In this document: piece by piece, positions 24,348 to 33,390 of the stretch | How the letters are laid out: each line of letters begins with the position of its first letter | Numbering within the stretch: position 1 is the first letter of the stretch | Source of the DNA: Arenicellales bacterium | Lineage (GTDB): Bacteria; Pseudomonadota; Gammaproteobacteria; Arenicellales; CBDCFT01 | Assembly (NCBI GenBank): GCA_965216735.1 | Contig: OZ244198.1 | Location: 3,009,208-3,073,207, forward strand | Reading direction: 5' to 3' | DNA: 64,000 bases | Position numbers and translations under genes: made by a program | The notes under the pieces: model-generated | Seen by the model: the letters and a program-made list of their open reading frames with translations, nothing else | The model's database searches: none | What the model was told of the DNA's origin: nothing

Positions 24348-24487
24348 CATGTATACGCCCAATACATCGCGAGGCAACCGATGCGATGCTGCTACATCGT
24401 GCCACTTGAAGCGCGGCATTTCTCCGTTAGCGCGAACATTTAGGCTGAATTTTGGAAACTTTGACCAGTAAGACGACTGAGTAGGCC

Positions 24488-26617
24488 ATGCAAAATCCGG
24501 AAAACGTTACTCGCATCCTATTTCAAGCTTTTCCCACCTGGATGTTGTTCATGTTCTACGTCGTCGCTATCACCGCCATTGTGGTGTTCGTCTATGGTTG
24601 CTACATACAGGTTCGAAAATACCGGCGCGGACAAGCGTTGATCGTGCCCCGTCTGAGTGCCGGTGTGTGGGGCATGGTAGAGGCGTTACTCAGCCACCGC
24701 ACCCTTAGGCGCCGTGACACCGCCGCCGGTCACAGCCACGCGTTGATTTTTTTTGGTTTCGCACTGTTGTTTATTGCCACCGCCATTATCACTCTGGAGT
24801 ACGATATTCTGGAACCATTGACCGGGATCCGATTCTGGTACGGTTCATTTTATCTCTGGTTTTCGCTGATAGTGGATATTGCAGGCCTGGCGCTAATCGT
24901 CGGATTGCTCTACATGATGTACCGGCGCAAATGGCTGGCCTTGCCCAAACTGGATTACACGCGACCGGACCGTACACCGGAAGAACCCGACTACGACCGG
25001 AGCTGGTATCGCAAGGAAGATTGGCTATTTCTATGGACGCTCATTTTGATCGGCATCACTGGTTTCGTATTAGAGGCGGACCGGCTGGTCTGGCTACAGC
25101 ATGACCCCACCGTGTGGGACTACCGTTGGTGGTCACCGATAGGCGCCGCACTGGCGCATGTCATGCTGAGTCTGGGTCTGTCACCGGAAGGAGCGGAGTC
25201 TTTTCGTTATTTTCTCTGGTGGTTGCACGGACTACTGGCCTTTGCTTTCATCGCGCTTATTCCCTTCACCAAGGTGAAACATATCTTTACCGCTATGGGC
25301 TCGCTGGCGGTGCGAGACCCGCTGCCGGCGGCGCGCTTGCCCAAGGCGGACCTCGAAGGCGAAAGCATCGGATACAAGCAGATCACGGATTTCAGTTGGA
25401 AACATCTTCTGCACCTGGATGCCTGCACCAAGTGCGGGCGTTGTCATGAAGCCTGCCCAGCCAACGCCACCGGTTTCCCGCTGTCGCCCCGCGATTTGGT
25501 GCTGTCGCTACGCGAGTTGTCGATAAATACGCTGGAGAAGCGGGCGATTCCCGAAGCCACGGCTCTGGTCGCCCAGGGCGGCAGTGTAAATCAGGTGCGT
25601 TCCGAGACCTTGTGGTCGTGTCGCACCTGCGCCGCCTGTCTTGAGATCTGCCCGGTGGGTATCGAACACGTACCCATGATCGTGGAAATGCGCCGGGCTC
25701 TCGTAGAAGACGGCGAAATGGAATCCACTGTACAGACCGCATTACAACAGATTCAGAATAAAGGTAATTCCTTCGGTGAAAACAAGCGTAAGCGGGCAGC
25801 ATGGGCTAAAAAACTTGACTTCACCATCAAGAATGCGCGCAAAGAAGCGGTGGATGTACTGTGGTTCGTCGGCGATTACGCGTCGTTCGATCCCCGTTAT
25901 CAGAAGGTTTCCATGGCTTTCGCCCGCATCCTGCACACCGCCGGCATCGATTTTGGGATTCTGTATGAGGCGGAAATGAACGCCGGCAACGATGCACGGC
26001 GGGTTGGCGAGGAAGGCTTGTATCAACACCTAGCCGAAACCAATATCAAGACTCTCGCTGACTGTGATTATAAACGCATCGTCACCACCGATCCCCACTC
26101 GTTCAATACCATCAAAAACGAATACCCGGAATTCGAAGGCACATTCGGAATCGAACATGCCAGCACATTCATAAAACGTCTGCTGGACGACGGCGCGATC
26201 AAACTTCCGCGTCGCCTCGACCGCCGTGTCACTTACCACGACCCGTGCCATTTGGGACGGCTCAACCGGGTATTCGATGCGCCGCGCGATGTGCTCAATA
26301 CGCTTGGCGCTGAGCTGGTCGAGATGGATCGCGCCCGGGAAAATTCTTTCTGCTGTGGCGCCGGTGGCGGCCGTATCTGGATGGCGGATCCGATCGATAA
26401 GGAAAAACCATCCGAAAACCGCATGCATGAGGCGGCTCGTATCGATGGCCTCGAAACGTTCGTGGTCGGTTGTCCGAAGTGCATGAACATGTTCGAAGAC
26501 TCGGTCAAATCGACCGGCAATGAAGCCAATATTCAAGTAAGGGAGTTAATCGAACTGGTCGAAGAATGTATGGAACCGGATACATCGCTGGACGTCGTTG
26601 AGGAAAAGCAAACATAA
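24488..26617 (+). CDS. Membrane-anchored Fe-S oxidoreductase (FadF/DgcB/ETF:quinone oxidoreductase EMO, HdrD-like)
   Basis: N-terminal multi-TM domain with His residues, CTKCGRCHEACP and CRTCAACLEICP, YHDPCHLGR, SFCCGAGGG. Confidence 0.9.
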   Translation: MQNPENVTRILFQAFPTWMLFMFYVVAITAIVVFVYGCYIQVRKYRRGQALIVPRLSAGVWGMVEALLSHRTLRRRDTAAGHSHALIFFGFALLFIATAIITLEYDILEPLTGIRFWYGSFYLWFSLIVDIAGLALIVGLLYMMYRRKWLALPKLDYTRPDRTPEEPDYDRSWYRKEDWLFLWTLILIGITGFVLEADRLVWLQHDPTVWDYRWWSPIGAALAHVMLSLGLSPEGAESFRYFLWWLHGLLAFAFIALIPFTKVKHIFTAMGSLAVRDPLPAARLPKADLEGESIGYKQITDFSWKHLLHLDACTKCGRCHEACPANATGFPLSPRDLVLSLRELSINTLEKRAIPEATALVAQGGSVNQVRSETLWSCRTCAACLEICPVGIEHVPMIVEMRRALVEDGEMESTVQTALQQIQNKGNSFGENKRKRAAWAKKLDFTIKNARKEAVDVLWFVGDYASFDPRYQKVSMAFARILHTAGIDFGILYEAEMNAGNDARRVGEEGLYQHLAETNIKTLADCDYKRIVTTDPHSFNTIKNEYPEFEGTFGIEHASTFIKRLLDDGAIKLPRRLDRRVTYHDPCHLGRLNRVFDAPRDVLNTLGAELVEMDRARENSFCCGAGGGRIWMADPIDKEKPSENRMHEAARIDGLETFVVGCPKCMNMFEDSVKSTGNEANIQVRELIELVEECMEPDTSLDVVEEKQT

Positions 26618-26628
26618 ATAAAGCTTTG

Positions 26629-27996
26629 ATGACCGACGATGTTTCTTTCAAGAAAATGCTGGACCAATCTCTCGACACTCAGGACCCGTTTATCGCCGCC
26701 GCGTGCCACCCCTACGCTAATCCCCACGAACGTCGGGCACTGGAAAGCGTTTTGTTCGCGACCACCAAACTGAGGCGGCAATTCGCACGGGCGATGTATA
26801 CCCCAACATCGGTGCTCGACAGTCTGGCTGCAGACAACGATAAACAGATCCGCTTGCGTGTTGCCAAACATCCAACCGCGACCCCGGCTACCCTGGCTAC
26901 TCTGGCGAGGACGGAGACCGCGGAAGTTGTGTGCGCGCGTATCGCCGGTCACCGGAATAGTCCCCAGGATACGCTGGTTCATTTATTCAAAAAACACCCG
27001 AATTCATTTGAGATCAAACGTGCCTTGTGCAACAACCCAAACACACCACAATCGCTGTTGCAACGGCTGGTGGTGGGTGCACCACTGACAGAACTCAAAG
27101 GCATTGCCCGCAATCCGCACGCAGACGACACCTTGTTGCGGTTGTGCTGGGAACAAAACGATCCGTATTTGCAAGCTGAAGTTTGCGCACACCCGAATTG
27201 TGCGCTTGAATTGCGCGCTGCCGCCGAGCGCGCACCGCACGCCTTGGTGCGCCGCAAGCTGGCACAGAATCCGGTGTTGCCGGATGCGGTGTTAATGCGT
27301 TTACTGGGCGATACCGAAGCCCAGGTTCGGGCTGCCGCGGTACGCCATTTGAGCGAGTCGATGATGGCGGAACTGGATTCCGGCGGCTATGACTCGTCCC
27401 GCCAGGTGCGGCGTGACGAGGCGCGCCATACCGGACTTCCGCTGGCATGGGTTATGCGTCTGGCTCGGGATACCGATTCTTGGGTGCGCCGTTTGATCGC
27501 ACGTAACCAAACAACGCCCGAGCATATACTGCATAGCTTAGCCCACGATGCCGTCATGGAAGTGCGGCGTGGTGTGGCGCGCAACCCGGTGTGCCCGACT
27601 AAGTTATTGCAACAGCTGGCGCGTGACTCTCACCCCTGGGTGCGTGCCGGTATAGCATTACGCGACGATATTGACGAACCGTTGATACTCGAATTGTCGC
27701 GAGATGACGATATCGACGTGTTATCGGCGCTGGGTAAGCATCCGCGTACCCCGCAGAAGATCCTTGAGCGCATCACCCGTCATGTGGATCGCGACGTCCG
27801 GCGGTCTGTGGTTTTGAACACGAGCGCGCCGCCCGGTGTGTTGCACGGGTTATTGGAAGATCCCTATCCGCTCAACCGGGTGTTGCTGGCCGGTCATCGT
27901 AATCTCGCCGACGCTGATTTGTATGGCTTGTTGCATGATCCGGAGCCCACGGTGCGTTTCGCCGGGGCACGCGCGCTGGCCGCGCGTTTACACTGA
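26629..27996 (+). CDS. LRV/HEAT-like helical repeat protein
   Basis: Many ~24-aa repeats of the form LAxDxxxxVRxxVAxNPxTPxxxL. Confidence 0.85.
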   Translation: MTDDVSFKKMLDQSLDTQDPFIAAACHPYANPHERRALESVLFATTKLRRQFARAMYTPTSVLDSLAADNDKQIRLRVAKHPTATPATLATLARTETAEVVCARIAGHRNSPQDTLVHLFKKHPNSFEIKRALCNNPNTPQSLLQRLVVGAPLTELKGIARNPHADDTLLRLCWEQNDPYLQAEVCAHPNCALELRAAAERAPHALVRRKLAQNPVLPDAVLMRLLGDTEAQVRAAAVRHLSESMMAELDSGGYDSSRQVRRDEARHTGLPLAWVMRLARDTDSWVRRLIARNQTTPEHILHSLAHDAVMEVRRGVARNPVCPTKLLQQLARDSHPWVRAGIALRDDIDEPLILELSRDDDIDVLSALGKHPRTPQKILERITRHVDRDVRRSVVLNTSAPPGVLHGLLEDPYPLNRVLLAGHRNLADADLYGLLHDPEPTVRFAGARALAARLH

Positions 27997-28116
27997 ACGA
28001 CAATAAGTCAGGTGCAGGCGCTCACGAATAAATGCTCCGCCACGGATGTGTGACGAATTTCAAGACAAGATTGATTATCGTATCGCAAACTAATCTGGAA
28101 CAGAGGTATAAATAGT

Positions 28117-28914
28117 ATGAAAATTCTAGTGCCGGTAAAGCAGGTCGCTACAGTTGACGAGGACTGCGAGCTACGCGAGGACGGCAAGGATGTCGATCCC
28201 GATTACCTCGACTATGAACTGAACGAGTGGGACGACTACTCTTGGGAAGAAGCGTTGCGTTTGCATGAGGCCCACGGTGACGAGGTCGAGATCGTGCCCG
28301 TTACCGTCGGTCCCGAAGAAGCCGAAGACGGATTGCGTCGTTGTCTGGCCAAAGGCGGCGAACGCGCCATCCGCGTGTGGGACGACGCCCTCGAAGCGTC
28401 CGACCCAATGGCCATCGCGCGGGTGCTTGCGAAGGTCGTGCAACGCGAAAACCCGGATTTGGTTTTTGTAGGAACACTTTCCTCCGACCATGGTTTCGCC
28501 GCCACCGGTATGTGCCTGGCGGGTCTGCTCGGCTGGGCCCACGCGGCCGTGGTGTGTCAGTTGGGTATCAGCCCTGGTGCGCAACAGGTCACGTTACGCC
28601 GCGAATTGGAAGCGGGTCTGGAGGAAGAGATGACAGTGCAGTGTCCCGCCGTGCTCACCATTCAACTCGGCATTAATGAGCCACGCTACGCTTCGCTGCG
28701 CGGCATTAAACAAGCCAAGGCCAAACCCGTGGAGGTTCTGTCGCACACCGATCTGGGTCTGGACGATACCGAGGTTGGCGAATCCGGATCGCTGTCAAGG
28801 GTACGGCGAATGTTCGTCCCCGAACGCGGTCAGGCAGAGCTTATCGAGGGCACCCCTGCCGAGCAGGCGGCGCGCATCGCCGAAATCGTTAAAGAAGCAA
28901 CAGGAGCCGTGTAA
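28117..28914 (+). CDS. etfB: Electron transfer flavoprotein beta subunit
   Basis: MKILVPVKQV, LNEWDDYS, RRELEAG, INEPRYASLRGI. Confidence 0.95.
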   Translation: MKILVPVKQVATVDEDCELREDGKDVDPDYLDYELNEWDDYSWEEALRLHEAHGDEVEIVPVTVGPEEAEDGLRRCLAKGGERAIRVWDDALEASDPMAIARVLAKVVQRENPDLVFVGTLSSDHGFAATGMCLAGLLGWAHAAVVCQLGISPGAQQVTLRRELEAGLEEEMTVQCPAVLTIQLGINEPRYASLRGIKQAKAKPVEVLSHTDLGLDDTEVGESGSLSRVRRMFVPERGQAELIEGTPAEQAARIAEIVKEATGAV

Positions 28915-29876
28915 TGAGCGAAATTATGGTAGTAGCCGAACATCGCCGGGGTGAATTGACCGTGAGTACGCTTGAGGCCATCGCAGCGGCGCTCGAACTC
29001 AAACAAGCCAGGGACATGAGTGTCGCAGTGGCGGTGCTGGCCGCGGACCCGTCCGTCTTTACCAGCCAGGTGAGCGTAGCCGGTGTGGACGAAGTCATCA
29101 ATGCAACGGTTCCGGTCGCCGAATATCAAAACGATATTTACGAGGTAGTCGTAGACAGCTTGATTGATTCGCGCAAGCCGGCAGTGGTACTGGTGCCGCA
29201 TAGCATAGATGCCTGGGGTTATGCCCCGGCCCTCGCCGCGCGCCGCAAATGCGGTTTCGCCACCGACGTGTTTGGACTCAAATACGATGGTGACGACCTG
29301 GTCGCATCACGCGCCGCGTACAGCGAAAAAATGCATGTAGAACTCGACTTCCCCGGAAAACAGACCGTAGTTATCACACTGCGGGGTAACGTTTACAAAC
29401 CGGTGGAGGGAACCTCGACCCCCACGGTAACCAGTTTCGAAGCACCTACCATCGAAACCCATACAGAACATAAAGGCTTCGTAGAACCGGAATCCACCGG
29501 TGATGTAGACATCAGCCAGGCGGAGCTAATGCTGTCGGTCGGCCGGGGCGTGGCCGAAGAAGATAACGTTGAACAATACCAGGAACTTGCGGACGCCATG
29601 GGCTTTACCCTGGGTTGCTCGCGCCCCATCGCCGACAGTGGTTGGCTGCCCAAATCGCGTCAAGTCGGCCAGTCGGGCAAAACCGTCAGCAACTGTAATG
29701 TTTACCTGGCATTTGGTATCTCCGGTTCGGTTCAACATATGGCCGGCATGAAACATGTACCCAATATCATTGCGATCAATACTGACCCCGAGGCGTCGAT
29801 TTTTACCATAGCGCGTTATGGCGTGGTGGCCGATATGTTCGAGATCGCCGACGAGCTGAAAAACCACTTCGAATAA
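28914..29876 (+). CDS. etfA: Electron transfer flavoprotein alpha subunit
   Basis: GCSRPIADSGW, QVGQSGKTV, GISGSVQHMAGM; TAATG coupling to etfB. Confidence 0.95.
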   Translation: MSEIMVVAEHRRGELTVSTLEAIAAALELKQARDMSVAVAVLAADPSVFTSQVSVAGVDEVINATVPVAEYQNDIYEVVVDSLIDSRKPAVVLVPHSIDAWGYAPALAARRKCGFATDVFGLKYDGDDLVASRAAYSEKMHVELDFPGKQTVVITLRGNVYKPVEGTSTPTVTSFEAPTIETHTEHKGFVEPESTGDVDISQAELMLSVGRGVAEEDNVEQYQELADAMGFTLGCSRPIADSGWLPKSRQVGQSGKTVSNCNVYLAFGISGSVQHMAGMKHVPNIIAINTDPEASIFTIARYGVVADMFEIADELKNHFE

Positions 29877-29890
29877 TTCGAGTTCTAATA

Positions 29891-30943
29891 GTGGAAACGC
29901 TGGAACAAGCAAGAGCCAAGTACCGCATACGTAGTGTGCGCTGGGGTTTTTATTGGGCAATATGGTGCGCAGTCATGTGGGGTGCCTGGTATGTGCCGGG
30001 CACCGCCGTGTGGTATGAGGCGCCCTTCATCGCCATGGGTTCAGGAGGCCAGAGCGAGTTTTTGTTGGCCGCTGCGATAATCACGGCTTTCAGTTCACTG
30101 GCGATATTGTTTTTTCTGTTCCTGTGGATCGGCGTGTTGGAAAAATGGGGCGAATACGGCCGCACCATCCGACAGTTACGCATATCGAAATGGTACTACC
30201 TGGCCGCCGTGTTCGGTGGCCCCTGTGCCCTGTTTGGTTCTTACCTTGCGATTGGTTACGTGGGTCCGATTTTTGCCGCGATCGCAGCATTGATGTACCC
30301 GGTGGTAGGAGCGACACTGGCCCGGCTTTGGTATCACGAAAAAATCAGCACCCGCGCTGCGGCTGGAATTGCCGTCATTCTGATCGGGGGGATATCGATC
30401 TACGCGCCCGGCCTGTTGGACGAATTCTCAAACCCTGACGGCGGCGCATGGTTAGGTTATGTCGGTGGTCTCATGGCGGCCGTCGGCTGGGGCGTGGAAG
30501 GCGCTATCGCCGGACGAGCATTGGATGTCAGCGATCCCGACGTCGGTATCACGCTCAGGTTCACCGCCGAAGCCTTTTATTGGATATTCCTGATTCTGCC
30601 CGCGATTGGCCTGTTCAGCGACGCCGACGTGTTGTCGTTGATCGCGTCCGCATTCAACTTTTGGACTATGGTGTGGATAGCACTGGCCGGTGCCAGCTTC
30701 GCTTGTTGTTATGTGGCGTGGTACAAGTCTTTTCCCTTGATCGGTGTCGGCAGAGGGCAGGCAATCGGCGCGCTGTACGGAGTATTCGCAGTGATATTTC
30801 TTTCCATCTTCACCCTGGATTTGCCTGAATGGTATTTCTTGATCGGCTTGACACTGGCGATCTCCGGCGGATTCATCATGTTCACCGAACGCGCCGAGAT
30901 GCTTGAAGTAATACGCAGTGCGGATCCCGTCTCGGCCGGTTAA
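29891..30943 (+). CDS. DMT/EamA-superfamily permease resembling the methanogen trimethylamine permease MttP
   Basis: About 10 TM helices; CAVMWGAWYVPG, GWGVEGAIAG, CYVAWYKSFPLIGVGRGQAI match my recollection of MttP. Confidence 0.8.
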   Translation: METLEQARAKYRIRSVRWGFYWAIWCAVMWGAWYVPGTAVWYEAPFIAMGSGGQSEFLLAAAIITAFSSLAILFFLFLWIGVLEKWGEYGRTIRQLRISKWYYLAAVFGGPCALFGSYLAIGYVGPIFAAIAALMYPVVGATLARLWYHEKISTRAAAGIAVILIGGISIYAPGLLDEFSNPDGGAWLGYVGGLMAAVGWGVEGAIAGRALDVSDPDVGITLRFTAEAFYWIFLILPAIGLFSDADVLSLIASAFNFWTMVWIALAGASFACCYVAWYKSFPLIGVGRGQAIGALYGVFAVIFLSIFTLDLPEWYFLIGLTLAISGGFIMFTERAEMLEVIRSADPVSAG

Positions 30944-30945
30944 AC

Positions 30946-31242
30946 ATGAAGAAATTACACATGAAAGGATTCATTCTTCGGCTGTTGGATAGAAACAAGG
31001 ATGGGCTATGGGACTACGAAATCGCGCGCGAGGTGCTGGCCGAGTATTGTCACTCGGGCGGCTACTGGCGTGGCGAGGTCCGTGCCACCCTGACGGATCT
31101 ATTTTCCGGTGCACTGCTGGAGGAAATCGAGGACCGGCTGGATGACGGTGAACACTTTGGCACCGGCAAGGTGTTAGTCAAGTTCAAGTTGACGCCGTTC
31201 GGACGCAAGAGGATGATCGAAACCGGACTGCGAGCTAGCTAA
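30946..31242 (+). CDS. Small conserved (winged-helix-like) protein resembling the ORF that follows mttP in methanogens
   Basis: Starts 2 nt after the permease; MKGFILRLL...WDYEI...FKLTPFGRKR pattern. Confidence 0.7.
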   Translation: MKKLHMKGFILRLLDRNKDGLWDYEIAREVLAEYCHSGGYWRGEVRATLTDLFSGALLEEIEDRLDDGEHFGTGKVLVKFKLTPFGRKRMIETGLRAS

Positions 31243-31265
31243 CAATCATCACGAGGGTATAAGAT

Positions 31266-31376
31266 ATGTCGGAATTCTGGGGTTTTGCGGGTGCGGATAT
31301 ATTGGCCACTGCGCTCATTTTTGGTTTGTGTGTCATGTGCTTATACCAGGCCAGAACCTGGGTAAAAAAGCTTTGA
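31266..31376 (+). CDS. 36-aa single-pass membrane peptide (below the ORF-track cutoff)
   Basis: MSEFWGFAGADILATALIFGLCVMCLYQARTWVKKL*; GAGGG RBS upstream; fills the operon gap. Confidence 0.65.
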   Translation: MSEFWGFAGADILATALIFGLCVMCLYQARTWVKKL

Positions 31377-31414
31377 CATAGCACACGTACGAATGAACAC
31401 AGCGATGATGCGTC

Positions 31415-31828
31415 ATGAGTGAATTAACCGGGGGTTGTCTATGTGGCGAGGTTCGATACCGCACGAAAGGTACGATACACAAGGTGGTTCATTGCCACTG
31501 TAGCATGTGTCGCAAACCGAGCGGCGCTGCATTCGCGACGTTTGTCGGATTATTTGACCGTGATGTTAGTTTTACAAAAGGAACACCGATGCCCTATCGT
31601 TCATCCGCCAATGGGGTGCGCGGTTTTTGCGCTCGCTGCGGCAGTTCGTTGACTTTCAAAGATGAAAACGACCCAGATATGCTTTGGCTGACGATGGGCA
31701 GTCTGGATCAACCAGATGCCGTCAACCCCGGTGAACACTGGTTTGCGGCAGACAAGCTGAGCTGGCTACATCTTGATGATGATTTGCCCCGTTACCCGGC
31801 GTACGGCAATACCTCCGAATCCGAGTAG
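31415..31828 (+). CDS. GFA/CENP-V family (glutathione-dependent formaldehyde-activating-like) protein
   Basis: GGCLCG, HCHCSMCRK, RGFCARCGS zinc motifs. Confidence 0.9.
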   Translation: MSELTGGCLCGEVRYRTKGTIHKVVHCHCSMCRKPSGAAFATFVGLFDRDVSFTKGTPMPYRSSANGVRGFCARCGSSLTFKDENDPDMLWLTMGSLDQPDAVNPGEHWFAADKLSWLHLDDDLPRYPAYGNTSESE

Positions 31829-31886
31829 CTACTAGTAGTTTTTTAGATTCAACCCGACGATTCATGAACTCGCCGGGCAACACTTT

Positions 31887-32996
31887 TTAAACCACCCGTT
31901 TATCTTTATTCGGATCGTAAAACGGTAGCGTATGTGTTGTTGCACTACAGCTTACATTCGGACCCTTGACTTCCACTTTGACATCGGGTTTCGCCAACTC
32001 GGCGTCAATTCGAACTATTGCCAAAGACTGATTCATGATAGTCGAGTACATCGGTTGCGTGACAACACCTACGTTTTTACCGTCTACGATCAATTCCGCA
32101 TCCGCGTCGACGGCGGTTTCGCAATCTGCAACGATACCAAATACTTTGACTTTTTCTTTGCCGATCGCCGCCATCAGTGCTTCTTTGCCGCGATAATCGG
32201 ATTGTTTTTTCTTCGACACCGCAAAATCGAGACCGGCTTCCCACGGTGTGTGCTCCTCGTTTATATCGAAGGGATAAAACAACAATCCCGCCTCGACCCG
32301 GATCATGTCCAGACAATTGAACGAACAAGCCATGACACCATGAGGCTTGCCGTGTTCGAGGATGTTGTCCCAGATCGAGCCCGCGTCCGCACCTTTGGTA
32401 AAAATCTCATAACCGCGCTCGCCGGAAAAACCGGTGCGCGAAACAACACAGTTGTGTCCGAACAGTGTGGTGGGGACCTGATGAAAGTATTTAAGTTTTG
32501 GCAGATCGATCGGAGTATGTTCGTTGAGAATATCGACGGCCTTTGGGCCTTGGAACGAAAGGTCGTGTAAATCGTCGTCGAAGTGAATACTAACTTCTTT
32601 ACCTTTAGCTGATTTTTCGATTTGTTCCATGGCCGTGCCGCCGCCATGCACAAACATCACATGATTCGGCATTATATGAAACGCTATACAGTCATCCGTG
32701 TAACGACCTTCCTCGTTAAGTACCATAGCAAAGACGGAACGTCCCGGAGTTATCTTGCTCATGTCGCGGGTGATAACATGGTCGACAACAGCTAATGCAT
32801 CGGGTCCGGTTATATGCAATTTCTTGAGACCGGATACATCGAATAGTCCGGCGGCAGTTCGTACCGCGCGGTGTTCTGCGTTAACATCCTGGTCGTACTC
32901 CCAGGCAACATCCATGTCGTTCCAGTCGCCAAGGTTAGAACCAAGCGCACGATGTCTGTCTGCTAATACTGATTGTCTCGGGCTGGGCATACTCAT
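31887..32996 (-). CDS. THF-dependent aminomethyltransferase (GcvT family, DmmD-like)
   Basis: DWNDMDVAW, AAGLFDVSGLKK, FDDDLHDLSFQGP, SRTGFSGERGYE, LPFYDP. Confidence 0.88.
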   Translation of the reverse strand: MSMPSPRQSVLADRHRALGSNLGDWNDMDVAWEYDQDVNAEHRAVRTAAGLFDVSGLKKLHITGPDALAVVDHVITRDMSKITPGRSVFAMVLNEEGRYTDDCIAFHIMPNHVMFVHGGGTAMEQIEKSAKGKEVSIHFDDDLHDLSFQGPKAVDILNEHTPIDLPKLKYFHQVPTTLFGHNCVVSRTGFSGERGYEIFTKGADAGSIWDNILEHGKPHGVMACSFNCLDMIRVEAGLLFYPFDINEEHTPWEAGLDFAVSKKKQSDYRGKEALMAAIGKEKVKVFGIVADCETAVDADAELIVDGKNVGVVTQPMYSTIMNQSLAIVRIDAELAKPDVKVEVKGPNVSCSATTHTLPFYDPNKDKRVV

Positions 32997-33238
32997 TTCC
33001 TCGCTACGTAAGTTTAGTCGAAGCGTATTATTGCAGATAAGTTGTTGTTACAGTCAATACTCGAACTAACTGAAAGACACCTGCACCTATGCTATACCAA
33101 TTAAAATTCGCTTTAGTCCAGAACATCCATTGTTATCACCTGTAGCAGCTAGGGCGCCGCATAGTCGGAAATAATAAAACACTTCGACGGGTCCAATTTT
33201 AAGGGAGGTACGTATCTTGATTTAAGCATCGTAAAATC

Positions 33239-33273
33239 TACTCCCAAAGTAGTACTCCTAATGCAAATTGACA
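33239..33273 (+). promoter_or_regulatory. NarL-type 7-2-7 site plus extra heptamer before a consensus -35
   Basis: TACTCCC-AA-AGTAGTA (33239-33254), perfect TACTCCT (33253-33259), TTGACA (33268-33273). Confidence 0.55.
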
Positions 33274-33390
33274 CTCAGGACGGAATAGTTAACACTTGAT
33301 AATCGGTTCTCAACGCCACAGGTGCGGATCACTTTTCGATCTGCCGTAATTTAAAACTTCAATCGATGTCACTGTCCCTGGAGGAAATAG

